The notes beneath the pieces were generated by a model, which saw only the letters and a program-made list of their open reading frames with translations, did no database searches and had not been told where the DNA came from. A stretch of DNA of 64,000 nt from a virus. Position numbers and translations under genes: made by a program. This document shows, in pieces, positions 9,513 through 17,373 of the stretch (the first letter of the stretch is position 1; every line of letters starts with the position of its first letter). The stretch lies in the IMG/VR virus record IMGVR_UViG_3300042991_000159, positions 1 to 64,000 of that record. One strand, given 5' to 3'.

Positions 9513-10280
9513 ATGACAGAAATAAGAAGTAATCTAATAAAACTTACCAATACAAAAAGCGTTACAGTAGAACCGCTTAATGGTAAGTGTTTAGAGATTA
9601 ATACCTCTTCTGTTTCATTTCTTAATGTCCAAAAGAATGATGATGATTATATTACTCGTGTTTCACTTGAAGATAAAGAATTTATCGAAATTGGAGACCG
9701 ATTCAAAGTCAGAATTGGAGAAGTCTATTCTGTCTATGAAATAGTATTTATTGTCATAGAAACGAATAACAAATCAATATTACTTTTTAGTTCAATTCCT
9801 ACAAAAACAACAACTTTTTTATTACCCTTGATGGATAAAACAAAGTTACAATTGAGGTATGATACGTATTTTATTAATGCGTTTATTACTGAAGATTCAA
9901 AACATATAGCTCTATTATATAGATTCACCGGAACAATGATTTATAAGGAATTTGAATTTAGTTTAATGAGTGATCCCTTATTTGTTACCCATGTAGATTA
10001 CAATCCTTATCTTGTTATGTATATTTTCAGAATTGAAGAAAGATTTGAAGATGACATAAACTTTTTTAAAGAAGGAAAGTATTCTAAATTCTCTAAGACG
10101 TTGAGACAACGTATTCAGAAATTTTATGGAGGTACTGATTTAGCAGCTACATTAAGAATTATTAATAAAGACGAAAGTCTCAGAAAAAAAATGGAAGAAC
10201 ATCTTGGTGTTGAAATTTCTATTGATTCTGAACTAGCGTCAGTACCTGATTTAAAAAAAGAAATTTATAAAATAGAATAA
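9513..10280 (+). CDS. Hypothetical phage protein
   Basis: Long ORF in operon; no recognised motif. Confidence 0.7.
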   Translation: MTEIRSNLIKLTNTKSVTVEPLNGKCLEINTSSVSFLNVQKNDDDYITRVSLEDKEFIEIGDRFKVRIGEVYSVYEIVFIVIETNNKSILLFSSIPTKTTTFLLPLMDKTKLQLRYDTYFINAFITEDSKHIALLYRFTGTMIYKEFEFSLMSDPLFVTHVDYNPYLVMYIFRIEERFEDDINFFKEGKYSKFSKTLRQRIQKFYGGTDLAATLRIINKDESLRKKMEEHLGVEISIDSELASVPDLKKEIYKIE

Positions 10281-10281
10281 A

Positions 10282-10653
10282 ATGGATGATAGGTATTTAG
10301 ATTTAGAAGATGATAAAAAGCAGCCTCAATCTGAGGCTTCTTTTTCCTCTTTGTTAGACGAATCAGAAAACATAGTAACTAAAGAGTTTCTTCGTTCTCT
10401 TATTATTGAGGCAGAGGAAATAATTAATGCCCAAAGAGTGCAAATTGAAGAACTTCAAAAAGCACAAATCGAACTAAGAGACGAGGTTGCATTACAGTGT
10501 TATGTTCCTTTGCTCAATGTAGTTAGTAATCATGATATAGCAGCATCTGATGCTTATCGTGCTGCTGATGCTTTCCTGAGAGCAAGAGAAGGTGGAGCAA
10601 TAATTCGTACTAATGAAGAACTTGAAAACGAAGAAGAAAAACACAATAATTAA
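10282..10653 (+). CDS. Hypothetical coiled-coil protein
   Basis: ORF in operon; RDEVA...AY..ADA.L.AR motif is common in small phage proteins. Confidence 0.6.
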   Translation: MDDRYLDLEDDKKQPQSEASFSSLLDESENIVTKEFLRSLIIEAEEIINAQRVQIEELQKAQIELRDEVALQCYVPLLNVVSNHDIAASDAYRAADAFLRAREGGAIIRTNEELENEEEKHNN

Positions 10654-10658
10654 TAAAT

Positions 10659-11459
10659 ATGGCAAGAAGAATCAATAATGATGGAGGATATAGTAGAGCT
10701 ATGAACGCTCTTGTTCCTGCACGTACAGAATCGTATTCACCTGTTCCTCATTCTTATTTTTTGGAAACTGTTCAAAATGTAATTGGAGCAAGAGGTGATT
10801 TAGAAGTAACAGGAAACAGAATTTACACAAACCTGAATGGTGAAAAACTCGTAGGTTTTACAACAGTAAAATTCAGAGGAATGGAAGTTGATCCTGAGTT
10901 TGGTCTTGAGATGATGTTAGGATACAAAAACAGTTATGATAAATCAATGGCTGCTGCTCTCGTAGCAGGAGCAAGTGTAATGATTTGCAGTAACGGTTGT
11001 ATTGGTGGAGATATGCTTACTTTTAAGCGTAAACACACCGGAACCATCGAAGAAGAACTCGTTGAAAAAACAGCATTAGCTGTTAATTGTATGAGAGACG
11101 GATTTGCTAATCTGGTACTGGAAGTTGACATAATGAGAGATTATGCACTTACCCCAAGACAGAAAGCAGAACTTCTCGGTATTATGTACTTTGAAGAAGA
11201 TATGGTATCTCCTAATCAACTTTCGATTATTAAAAAAGAGATAATAAATTCTAATCATTTTAGAGGTAACACCCTCTGGGATTTGTATAATAATGTAACC
11301 GAGTCTCTCAAGTCTTCTCATCCTCTTTCACATATAGAGGACCACATTAAGCTTCATCGGTTTATGTGTGGTGTCGCAGGTATATTACCAGAAGAAATAG
11401 GAGAAGTACACGAGATGGTAGAAGAAAGTGAACAAAATGAAGCAACAATTGAAGGATAA
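10659..11459 (+). CDS. DUF932-like phage protein
   Basis: YSPVPH, NSYDKS, G..VMICSNG, KHTG and TLWDLYNNVTE motifs. Confidence 0.75.
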   Translation: MARRINNDGGYSRAMNALVPARTESYSPVPHSYFLETVQNVIGARGDLEVTGNRIYTNLNGEKLVGFTTVKFRGMEVDPEFGLEMMLGYKNSYDKSMAAALVAGASVMICSNGCIGGDMLTFKRKHTGTIEEELVEKTALAVNCMRDGFANLVLEVDIMRDYALTPRQKAELLGIMYFEEDMVSPNQLSIIKKEIINSNHFRGNTLWDLYNNVTESLKSSHPLSHIEDHIKLHRFMCGVAGILPEEIGEVHEMVEESEQNEATIEG

Positions 11460-12135
11460 ATTTTCTAGTTTGTTTGGCTTGGAGTGGTACGATGCTTTGA
11501 AAGAGGTATTGGAATCTAAGTATTGGAGAGAGATTGGTGCAAAGATAGCTAAGGAGAGAGAGATTTACACCATATACCCGGAGAAGGGTTCTGATACTTT
11601 ATTTAAGGCTTTCCGTACCACTCCTTTATCTCAAGTGAAAGTAGTTATTCTTGGTCAAGACCCTTATCATGATGGTAGTTATGATGGGTTTGCGTTCTCT
11701 AACAGAGACGATGGTCAACATATATCACCTTCACTTAAGAACATTCTGAAAGAAGTTGAAACTGATGTATATAGTGGATTCTATCTTGATTTGAATCCCG
11801 ATCTTGAAAGATGGGCAGAACAGGGAGTTCTTCTTATTAATACAGCACATACTGTACGAAAGGGAGACCCCGGTTCCCATTTGGAGTATTGGAAACCTTT
11901 CACAAATAAGGTATTATTATTGCTACAGCAGCAAGATAGACCGATTGTGTGGATATTGTGGGGTAAGAAGGCAGAAAATGCTGTTGCGGCAGTAAAAAAG
12001 AACGATAAGCATTTATATTTGTCTTCTCCGCACCCTTCTCCTTTCTCAGCTAATTCAGGGTTCTTTGGTAGTAAACCTTTTAGTCAAACAAATAAATTTC
12101 TAACAGATGGTAAACTACAATCAATTAACTGGTAA
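11428..12135 (+). CDS. ung: Uracil-DNA glycosylase (family 1)
   Basis: GQDPYH, SPSLKNI, WAEQGVLLIN, LWG, HPSP and GFFGSKPFS motifs. Confidence 0.95.
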   Translation: MNKMKQQLKDKFSSLFGLEWYDALKEVLESKYWREIGAKIAKEREIYTIYPEKGSDTLFKAFRTTPLSQVKVVILGQDPYHDGSYDGFAFSNRDDGQHISPSLKNILKEVETDVYSGFYLDLNPDLERWAEQGVLLINTAHTVRKGDPGSHLEYWKPFTNKVLLLLQQQDRPIVWILWGKKAENAVAAVKKNDKHLYLSSPHPSPFSANSGFFGSKPFSQTNKFLTDGKLQSINW

Positions 12136-12274
12136 TAGTTCTTATTTTCCAAATTCTTTTAATCTAGAACAACAGCGATTAAATGAGAAAATTTTATCAA
12201 AAATTCGAAAAGAGTTGATAACAGAACAAATAACAGATGAAGAAATATATTATTCACTAATAAAATAATAAAAA

Positions 12275-12580
12275 ATGGCAAACGCACTGGTAAAATTCTG
12301 GGAAAGTATCGAAAAAACAGGAGATGCTATTAAAGCTGCAAGATCAGCACGTTCAGTTCAACGTAAAGCTGAAATGGATGTATCAAAAGCATTCGATGAA
12401 CTTGAAGAAGTTAAAGGAAAGCTTGAAAAAGCTAAAATTGATGCTAAAAATAACGTGGAAACAGGTTTTAAAAATATATACGAAGCCTTTATGAGCGTTA
12501 AAGTTAAGCAACAACGCTTTAATGATGCAGTCACCGTTTATAAGGAACTTTTCGAAGAAGAACCAAAATTACTTTACTAA
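12275..12580 (+). CDS. Hypothetical helical protein
   Basis: Clean ORF with an A-rich initiation region. Confidence 0.7.
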   Translation: MANALVKFWESIEKTGDAIKAARSARSVQRKAEMDVSKAFDELEEVKGKLEKAKIDAKNNVETGFKNIYEAFMSVKVKQQRFNDAVTVYKELFEEEPKLLY

Positions 12581-12583
12581 TGT

Positions 12584-12614
12584 ATTGTATATTATACAAA
12601 AAGTATTATTTTTG
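12584..12614 (+). promoter_or_regulatory. Bacteroidota-type promoter P1 for tRNA block 1
   Basis: -7 element TATTTTTG (12607-12614) and -33-like TTG (12585-12587) with a 19-nt spacer. Confidence 0.65.
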
Positions 12615-12632
12615 TATAAGTAATTACACGTT

Positions 12633-12695
12633 ATGAAAGTTACAACATTACATTTGCTTCCAGAGGAACCGTCTAAACAGAGGGTACTGGAATAA
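12633..12695 (+). CDS. Attenuator leader peptide 1, MKVTTLHLLPEEPSKQRVLE
   Basis: Translated by hand; the run LHLLPEEP matches the downstream Pro/Glu/His/Leu/Leu tRNAs. Confidence 0.8.
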   Translation: MKVTTLHLLPEEPSKQRVLE

Positions 12696-12729
12696 TTGTG
12701 GCTTTGATAAAAAGCTGAATATAACGCAG

Positions 12730-12771
12730 GAACCCTCTTAGTAACACCGGACTAAGGGGGTTCTTTTTTTT
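12730..12771 (+). terminator. Attenuator terminator 1
   Basis: 13-bp stem GAACCCTCTTAGT/ACTAAGGGGGTTC plus T8, ending 2 nt before tRNA-Pro. Confidence 0.9.
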
Positions 12772-12773
12772 AT

Positions 12774-12846
12774 CGGAATGTAGCGCAGTTGGTAGCGTAC
12801 CTGCTTTGGGAGCAGGGGGTCGCAGGTTCGAATCCTGCTATTCCGA
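12774..12846 (+). tRNA. tRNA-Pro(TGG)
   Basis: Cloverleaf folded by hand; CCTGC-TT TGG GA-GCAGG. Confidence 0.95.
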
Positions 12847-12872
12847 CAAATGGCACTAAATAATTCCGTATT

Positions 12873-13010
12873 ATGGCAACAATTAAGACAAAATCAGAAA
12901 GAGTAAAACAAGGTAAGAGAAACCGAAAAGGAATCCATGCCAAAACTCGTAACAGTAAAATAAAAGGATCGAAACATTACGAGAAAGCGTACAAAGGTCA
13001 AGGACGTTAG
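12873..13010 (+). CDS. 45-aa basic protein ending YKGQGR
   Basis: Unannotated ORF MATIKTKSERVKQGKRNRKGIHAKTRNSKIKGSKHYEKAYKGQGR. Confidence 0.7.
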   Translation: MATIKTKSERVKQGKRNRKGIHAKTRNSKIKGSKHYEKAYKGQGR

Positions 13011-13030
13011 GTTAAACCTGATGTTATCAT

Positions 13031-13102
13031 GCCCCGTTCATCTAGTGGTTAGGATAGCAGATTTTCAGTCTGTTCACAAGAGTTCGATTCTCTTACGGGG
13101 TA
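13031..13102 (+). tRNA. tRNA-Glu(TTC)
   Basis: Cloverleaf; GCAGA-TT TTC AG-TCTGT. Confidence 0.9.
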
Positions 13103-13249
13103 CTATTTAACTTGATATGTACTTTCAGGAAAACCTTCTTGAATAGCAGCATTAAGTTCATTCTTAAATAAGTCATAATCAACTATTTTATTAGTTGTCG
13201 AACAACTTGTTAGAACGATTAATAAAAATATTATAGGTATCTTTCTCAT
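13103..13249 (-). CDS. 48-aa small lipoprotein
   Basis: MRKIPIIFLLIVLTS-C16-STTNKIVDYDLFKNELNAAIQEGFPESTYQVK: basic N-terminus, hydrophobic core, lipobox LTSC. Confidence 0.65.
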   Translation of the reverse strand: MRKIPIIFLLIVLTSCSTTNKIVDYDLFKNELNAAIQEGFPESTYQVK

Positions 13250-13314
13250 AAGGTAAAATTAATACACATATATTACAATATGATTAAGAAGAAATTAAGA
13301 TTGCAATAATATAT

Positions 13315-13386
13315 GGTGTTTGTAGCTCAACGGTAGAGTGCCTGATTGTGGATCAGGTGGTGACAGTTCGATCCTGTCCTTACACC
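13315..13386 (+). tRNA. tRNA-His(GTG)
   Basis: G-1:C73, CCTGA-TT GTG GA-TCAGG; two T-T mismatches in the acceptor stem. Confidence 0.9.
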
Positions 13387-13390
13387 CTAT

Positions 13391-13476
13391 GCTCCGGTGG
13401 TGAAATTGGCAGACGCACTGGACTTAAAATCCAGCGATCAGTAATGATCGTACCGGTTCGATTCCGGTTCGGAGTA
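13391..13476 (+). tRNA. tRNA-Leu(TAA)
   Basis: Long variable arm; CTGGA-CT TAA AA-TCCAG. Confidence 0.95.
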
Positions 13477-13495
13477 CTAACTAAAAATTTTTATT

Positions 13496-13951
13496 ATGAA
13501 AATAAACAAAAAGAAGGTAGTTGAACTATCAAGGGATTGGTTTAAAGCGTACCATTGTCCAGATCAGTTTTGGAATGATTTTGCAGAAAAGATTGACGAA
13601 ATTTACTCAGCAGGGGAAGAGGTGAGTGATGAAGAGGAGAGCGAAGAAGAGGGTAGAATTGCAACTGCCATTTTAGATGCCATTAATTCTGGACTGTGGA
13701 AATGGGAGTACAAGAAAAAATTATCACCCGATGATGCGTTTGACTTGCTTACCTGTTTGCAAGATCAAATCCTTAAGGTTAAACTCACCCGCCCTGCCAT
13801 ATCGGAGGAGGAGATAGATCAGTTGACAGAAGAGGTTATATGCGGATTAAAAGCAGGTGATAGAGTATTACCTGAGTTTTATTTCAGGCTCGGAATAGAA
13901 GCCATTAAGGAACTAACTAAAATTAAGCAAGATGAAAACAATAAAATTTGA
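13496..13951 (+). CDS. Hypothetical protein
   Basis: ORF track; no motif. Confidence 0.6.
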   Translation: MKINKKKVVELSRDWFKAYHCPDQFWNDFAEKIDEIYSAGEEVSDEEESEEEGRIATAILDAINSGLWKWEYKKKLSPDDAFDLLTCLQDQILKVKLTRPAISEEEIDQLTEEVICGLKAGDRVLPEFYFRLGIEAIKELTKIKQDENNKI

Positions 13952-14153
13952 AATCGTAAAGGAAATTGAACCAAGTGGTAAAGTATGGTTTCATGTAAGA
14001 ATGAATGGAAGTCATCAAACGGCTAATAGAAGCTATGAGGAAGCTAAAAGAAGTTTGGAAACCTGTAAAACGAATGTGGTTAAATGGGGATATGAAAAGT
14101 ATGAAGAGGTTATTTTTTCAGAATTAGTTGACACATAAAGCCATTAAGGAACT
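13899..14153 (+). repeat. 16-bp direct repeat AAGCCATTAAGGAACT flanking a small ORF
   Basis: Copies at 13899-13914 and 14138-14153. Confidence 0.8.
13932..14138 (+). CDS. Hypothetical protein
   Basis: ORF lying between the direct repeats. Confidence 0.6.
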   Translation: MKTIKFEIVKEIEPSGKVWFHVRMNGSHQTANRSYEEAKRSLETCKTNVVKWGYEKYEEVIFSELVDT

Positions 14154-14276
14154 TAACAGATAAGAGAAGGAAATATTGCATAGATAGTTGAATAAAATAA
14201 GAATAAGTGTGCAATTATTTACTATTTTAATAAGAGCCAAAACACGGAATAAAACAACGCCAAAATACGGAACTAT

Positions 14277-14375
14277 ATGGAAAACACAGACGCAATAATA
14301 TTAATAGGTGGATTTTTATATCTATTATTTTTTGTATGGATGCCTTCAAGTTATGACGATAGAAGAGAAAAATGA
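14277..14375 (+). CDS. 32-aa single-pass membrane peptide
   Basis: MENTDAIILIGGFLYLLFFVWMPSSYDDRREK; ATGA overlap with the next ORF. Confidence 0.5.
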   Translation: MENTDAIILIGGFLYLLFFVWMPSSYDDRREK

Positions 14376-14893
14376 TTAATTGGATAAAATGGAAACAGTT
14401 GATAGCTGGACATACAGCTAAATTAAAAATAAGAATAGTTGTTTCTTACATATCTGTTGGTGATGGTAATGGTGATTTAGCATATAATACATGTAGAGAA
14501 ATCATTGATCGAAATGAAAAAGGTGCATTTGCACACATGGCTCTTGAAGAAGTATTCAGATATCTTGAAAAAGGTTGGAGATGGCCTGATTATATGAATG
14601 ATATAATCCATTCAGGAATGCATAAACAAACAGATATGACTCAAGACCCTTGGATACTTGCATATTGTTGCGCTGTACACCTAGATCGCTATGACCTAAT
14701 AGAGAGATATAGACCTAACTTCTGGTTGTTTCTGCCCGACAAGTGGGCTTGGAGAAGATCACTACTTGGAAAGGTAAACTTCTATTGGCTATGGCGAAGA
14801 ATAACACCTTACAAATGGATGCAACATTTTGTTTATGTATTTTATGGATACATGGAGCTTGCATATAAGAATAAAGTTGTACCTTTACATTGA
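14372..14893 (+). CDS. Hypothetical Trp-rich protein
   Basis: ORF track. Confidence 0.6.
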   Translation: MINWIKWKQLIAGHTAKLKIRIVVSYISVGDGNGDLAYNTCREIIDRNEKGAFAHMALEEVFRYLEKGWRWPDYMNDIIHSGMHKQTDMTQDPWILAYCCAVHLDRYDLIERYRPNFWLFLPDKWAWRRSLLGKVNFYWLWRRITPYKWMQHFVYVFYGYMELAYKNKVVPLH

Positions 14894-14919
14894 ATTTTAA
14901 CCGTTAAAATTATATAAGC

Positions 14920-15369
14920 ATGAAGAAAGTAACAAACGTTTTTAAAGTATTTTTATCGTTAGTTTTACTAATGGTGGTAGGAATTGTAGCATTTGGTCAA
15001 ACAACTGTTCCAACTATTCCAGATTGGACCGACCTCTATGAAAACTACGGTGTATATTTTGCTACTGCTGGTGGAATTGCTGGTATTGCAATGTTCTTAG
15101 GTGAACTCGTAATTCGAGTATTGAAGCTAGCTGTAAAATGGCAAAAAGTAGCTATAATTTGGGTACTATCAGTTGTGGCATCATTTGTAGGTGCATTTGT
15201 GCTCAACGTAGGTTATTTAGCAGAAGCAACATGGTGGGAAACTGTTATATGGGGAGTTTTCTCAGGATTGTTAGCTAATGGTATATGGTCTAGTAACGTA
15301 GCGTTCATTAAATCAATTCTTGAATTTCTCGTTGAGCTTATCAAAGCTAAAATTCCTGCAACAGTATAA
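14920..15369 (+). CDS. Multi-pass membrane protein, holin-like
   Basis: Signal-like N-terminus (AFG/Q), three further hydrophobic helices, GLLANG motif. Confidence 0.55.
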   Translation: MKKVTNVFKVFLSLVLLMVVGIVAFGQTTVPTIPDWTDLYENYGVYFATAGGIAGIAMFLGELVIRVLKLAVKWQKVAIIWVLSVVASFVGAFVLNVGYLAEATWWETVIWGVFSGLLANGIWSSNVAFIKSILEFLVELIKAKIPATV

Positions 15370-15399
15370 AAACTTTAGGGGTGAAATGCCCCCTTTTAC

Positions 15400-15481
15400 G
15401 CTCTTGTGGGGGAATTGGCAGACCCGCTAGTCTTAGGAACTAGTGTCGAAAGGCGTGTCAGTTCGAGTCTGACCGAGAGTA
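15400..15481 (+). tRNA. tRNA-Leu(TAG)
   Basis: Long variable arm; CTAGT-CT TAG GA-ACTAG. Confidence 0.95.
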
Positions 15482-15517
15482 TGATTTTAAATGTTAACAT
15501 TAAAAAAACAATCAGTT

Positions 15518-15697
15518 ATGAACGCAAGAAAATCAGCAGTGTTATTTGCACTTGGAATTGTATGGTTAGGTGCTGTTATATGGGGTTTTGCTCATGGAGT
15601 ACAACAAACTGAAGTTGGTGCTAAAATCGCTTGGATTGGTGGATCATTAGTATTTACAGCTTTAGGTGTATTTCTTTCTTACAAATTGAAAAAATAA
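15518..15697 (+). CDS. Small two-helix membrane protein
   Basis: MNARKSAVLFALG...; two hydrophobic segments; ATG at 15518 preferred over 15491. Confidence 0.65.
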   Translation: MNARKSAVLFALGIVWLGAVIWGFAHGVQQTEVGAKIAWIGGSLVFTALGVFLSYKLKK

Positions 15698-15715
15698 AGT
15701 ATATACAAAGAAAAA

Positions 15716-15746
15716 TTTGTTTTTCTCGAAAAAGGAGTTAAATTTG
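15716..15746 (+). promoter_or_regulatory. Bacteroidota-type promoter P2 for tRNA block 2
   Basis: Consensus match: TTTG (15716-15719), 19-nt spacer, TAAATTTG (15739-15746). Confidence 0.8.
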
Positions 15747-15770
15747 TATTGTACTTAAATTTTTAACACA

Positions 15771-15848
15771 ATGTTAGTTCGATTTAGATATACGAAATAT
15801 TCAAGTTGCAAGGGCACATCCTCTGCAAGATGGGACTTCTATATCTAA
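15771..15848 (+). CDS. Attenuator leader peptide 2, MLVRFRYTKYSSCKGTSSARWDFYI
   Basis: Translated by hand; the 15-codon run RFRYTKYSSCKGTSS matches all ten downstream tRNAs. Confidence 0.85.
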   Translation: MLVRFRYTKYSSCKGTSSARWDFYI

Positions 15849-15893
15849 CTAAAAGAAAATTTTTTATTTTTCATTGTTCAGATTTTGTGATCT

Positions 15894-15925
15894 AAGTCCC
15901 ATTCTTAAACGAGTGGGACTTTTTT
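15894..15925 (+). terminator. Attenuator terminator 2
   Basis: 11-bp stem AAGTCCCATTC/GAGTGGGACTT plus T tract, ending 3 nt before tRNA-Thr. Confidence 0.9.
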
Positions 15926-15928
15926 ATT

Positions 15929-16001
15929 GCCACTGTAGCTCAGTTGGTAGAGCTGTTCACTTGTAATGAACGGGTCGGGGGTTCGATTCCTCTCGGTGGC
16001 T
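15929..16001 (+). tRNA. tRNA-Thr(TGT)
   Basis: Cloverleaf; GTTCA-CT TGT AA-TGAAC. Confidence 0.95.
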
Positions 16002-16029
16002 CAAGTTTAACTTAAAATTCTTTGACGTT

Positions 16030-16524
16030 ATGGCAGTATATTTTATAAATAGTAATGGTATGCATATTAGTAGATCAACGATAGGTCTTATTGATAGTAA
16101 TCAATATAATGTGCAAGTTGGTATTTTACATGGTCCTAACGAAGGATATAAACTTTCGTTTGATGGAGAGATAATTAGAGAACAATTACCATTAAACGAA
16201 TTTATAGTAAGATTAATCGAGGGAGAAACGATTGATAAAAATGGTCCAGAAATACATCGTGATATTCAAACTGTAATTAATGCTTTAAATCGTGGAAAAA
16301 AAGAAGAGATAGAAGCAGTAGCTAGATGGTTAGATCATAGATATTCTAATTTAATAAGAAACGGGAAAATAATATTAATGCAGCATACTTATCGACATTC
16401 TTATTATAGTGAAAGTATTGGTAGCAGAGAGAGGTCTATTCAACAGTCTCAACCTATGACAACAGATGAAGCATATCAAAAATCAGTAACAGATGATGAA
16501 GTCTATTACACAATGATTAAATAA
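16030..16524 (+). CDS. Hypothetical protein
   Basis: ORF track. Confidence 0.65.
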   Translation: MAVYFINSNGMHISRSTIGLIDSNQYNVQVGILHGPNEGYKLSFDGEIIREQLPLNEFIVRLIEGETIDKNGPEIHRDIQTVINALNRGKKEEIEAVARWLDHRYSNLIRNGKIILMQHTYRHSYYSESIGSRERSIQQSQPMTTDEAYQKSVTDDEVYYTMIK

Positions 16525-16525
16525 C

Positions 16526-16599
16526 GCCTCTATAACTCAGTTGGCTAGAGTACCACCCTTTTAAGGTGGGAGTCCTGCGTTCAAGTCGCAGTGGGGGTA
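16526..16599 (+). tRNA. tRNA-Lys(TTT)
   Basis: CCACC-CT TTT AA-GGTGG. Confidence 0.95.
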
Positions 16600-16602
16600 C
16601 AA

Positions 16603-16668
16603 TTAATGACTAATATATTAGTCATTAAGTACCAAAATAAGGCTTAATGACTAATATATTAATCATTA
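16603..16668. repeat. Tandem palindromes
   Basis: Perfect 26-bp palindrome TTAATGACTAATATATTAGTCATTAA (16603-16628) and a near copy at 16644-16668. Confidence 0.85.
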
Positions 16669-16669
16669 T

Positions 16670-16743
16670 ACACACGTAGTTCAACTGGATAGAATAGGTG
16701 GCTACGGACCATCTGGTTGTGGGTTCGAGTCCTACCGTGTGTA
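16670..16743 (+). tRNA. tRNA-Arg(ACG)
   Basis: GGTGG-CT ACG GA-CCATC. Confidence 0.95.
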
Positions 16744-16759
16744 CTAAAAATTAAAAATT

Positions 16760-16891
16760 ATGATACGTAAAATTAGAAAATATATCTACGATAAAAATGA
16801 AGTTAGAAAAATAGCTGGTACTTTTAATCCTTATATTCCATATGAGAAGAGAAAAATAATGGCTATGAGATATTTAGAAATGCATAAATAA
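16760..16891 (+). CDS. 43-aa basic hypothetical protein
   Basis: MIRKIRKYIYDKNEVRKIAGTFNPYIPYEKRKIMAMRYLEMHK fills the gap between two tRNAs. Confidence 0.5.
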   Translation: MIRKIRKYIYDKNEVRKIAGTFNPYIPYEKRKIMAMRYLEMHK

Positions 16892-16892
16892 T

Positions 16893-16965
16893 GGAGCAGT
16901 AGCTCAGTCGGTAGAGCACCAGACTGAAAATCTGGGTGTCGGCAGTTCAATTCTGTCCTGTTCCA
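16893..16965 (+). tRNA. tRNA-Phe(GAA)
   Basis: CCAGA-CT GAA AA-TCTGG. Confidence 0.95.
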
Positions 16966-17037
16966 CATTTAAGAAGTAGTGCAGTTTCGTAGTGGCGGGT
17001 TCTGCGCTCGAAAGAGAACCAAAAAACCCATACCCAT

Positions 17038-17111
17038 GCGGGTTTAGCTCAATTTGGCAGAGCGTCTGCCTTCCAAGCAGAGGGTTGAGAGTTCGAGTCT
17101 CTTGATCCGCA
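17038..17111 (+). tRNA. tRNA-Gly(TCC)
   Basis: TCTGC-CT TCC AA-GCAGA. Confidence 0.95.
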
Positions 17112-17113
17112 CT

Positions 17114-17273
17114 AAAGTATCACTATCAGCATAGGGATTGCCCTAATGTTCTGAGAGAGTGAACGGTTTGGGATTTTGTAAAAAGAATCACTTATTAAGG
17201 CTCTTCTGAGACATTCAAGGAACTCGTAATGTAGTCTTCGGGGAAAGCGGTAGGACTCCGTAAGTGATACTTT
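17114..17273 (+). ncRNA. Unidentified structured RNA (about 160 nt)
   Basis: 11-bp closing stem AAAGTATCACT/AGTGATACTTT with internal hairpins; GC-richer than its surroundings; lies between two tRNAs. Confidence 0.55.
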
Positions 17274-17285
17274 TTAAAATATAAT

Positions 17286-17369
17286 GGGTCGGTGGCTGAG
17301 TGGTTAAAGGCGTTGGACTGTAAATCCAATCGTGTCATGCGTTCGGGGGTTCGAATCCCTCCCTGCCCA
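17286..17369 (+). tRNA. tRNA-Tyr(GTA)
   Basis: Long variable arm; TTGGA-CT GTA AA-TCCAA. Confidence 0.95.
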
Positions 17370-17373
17370 CAAT

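Noticed and set aside
15378-15397. Hairpin before tRNA-Leu(TAG) as a fourth attenuator
   Set aside because: The stem is only 5 bp and there is no leader ORF or antiterminator. It is more likely a weak terminator or processing hairpin after the membrane-protein gene.
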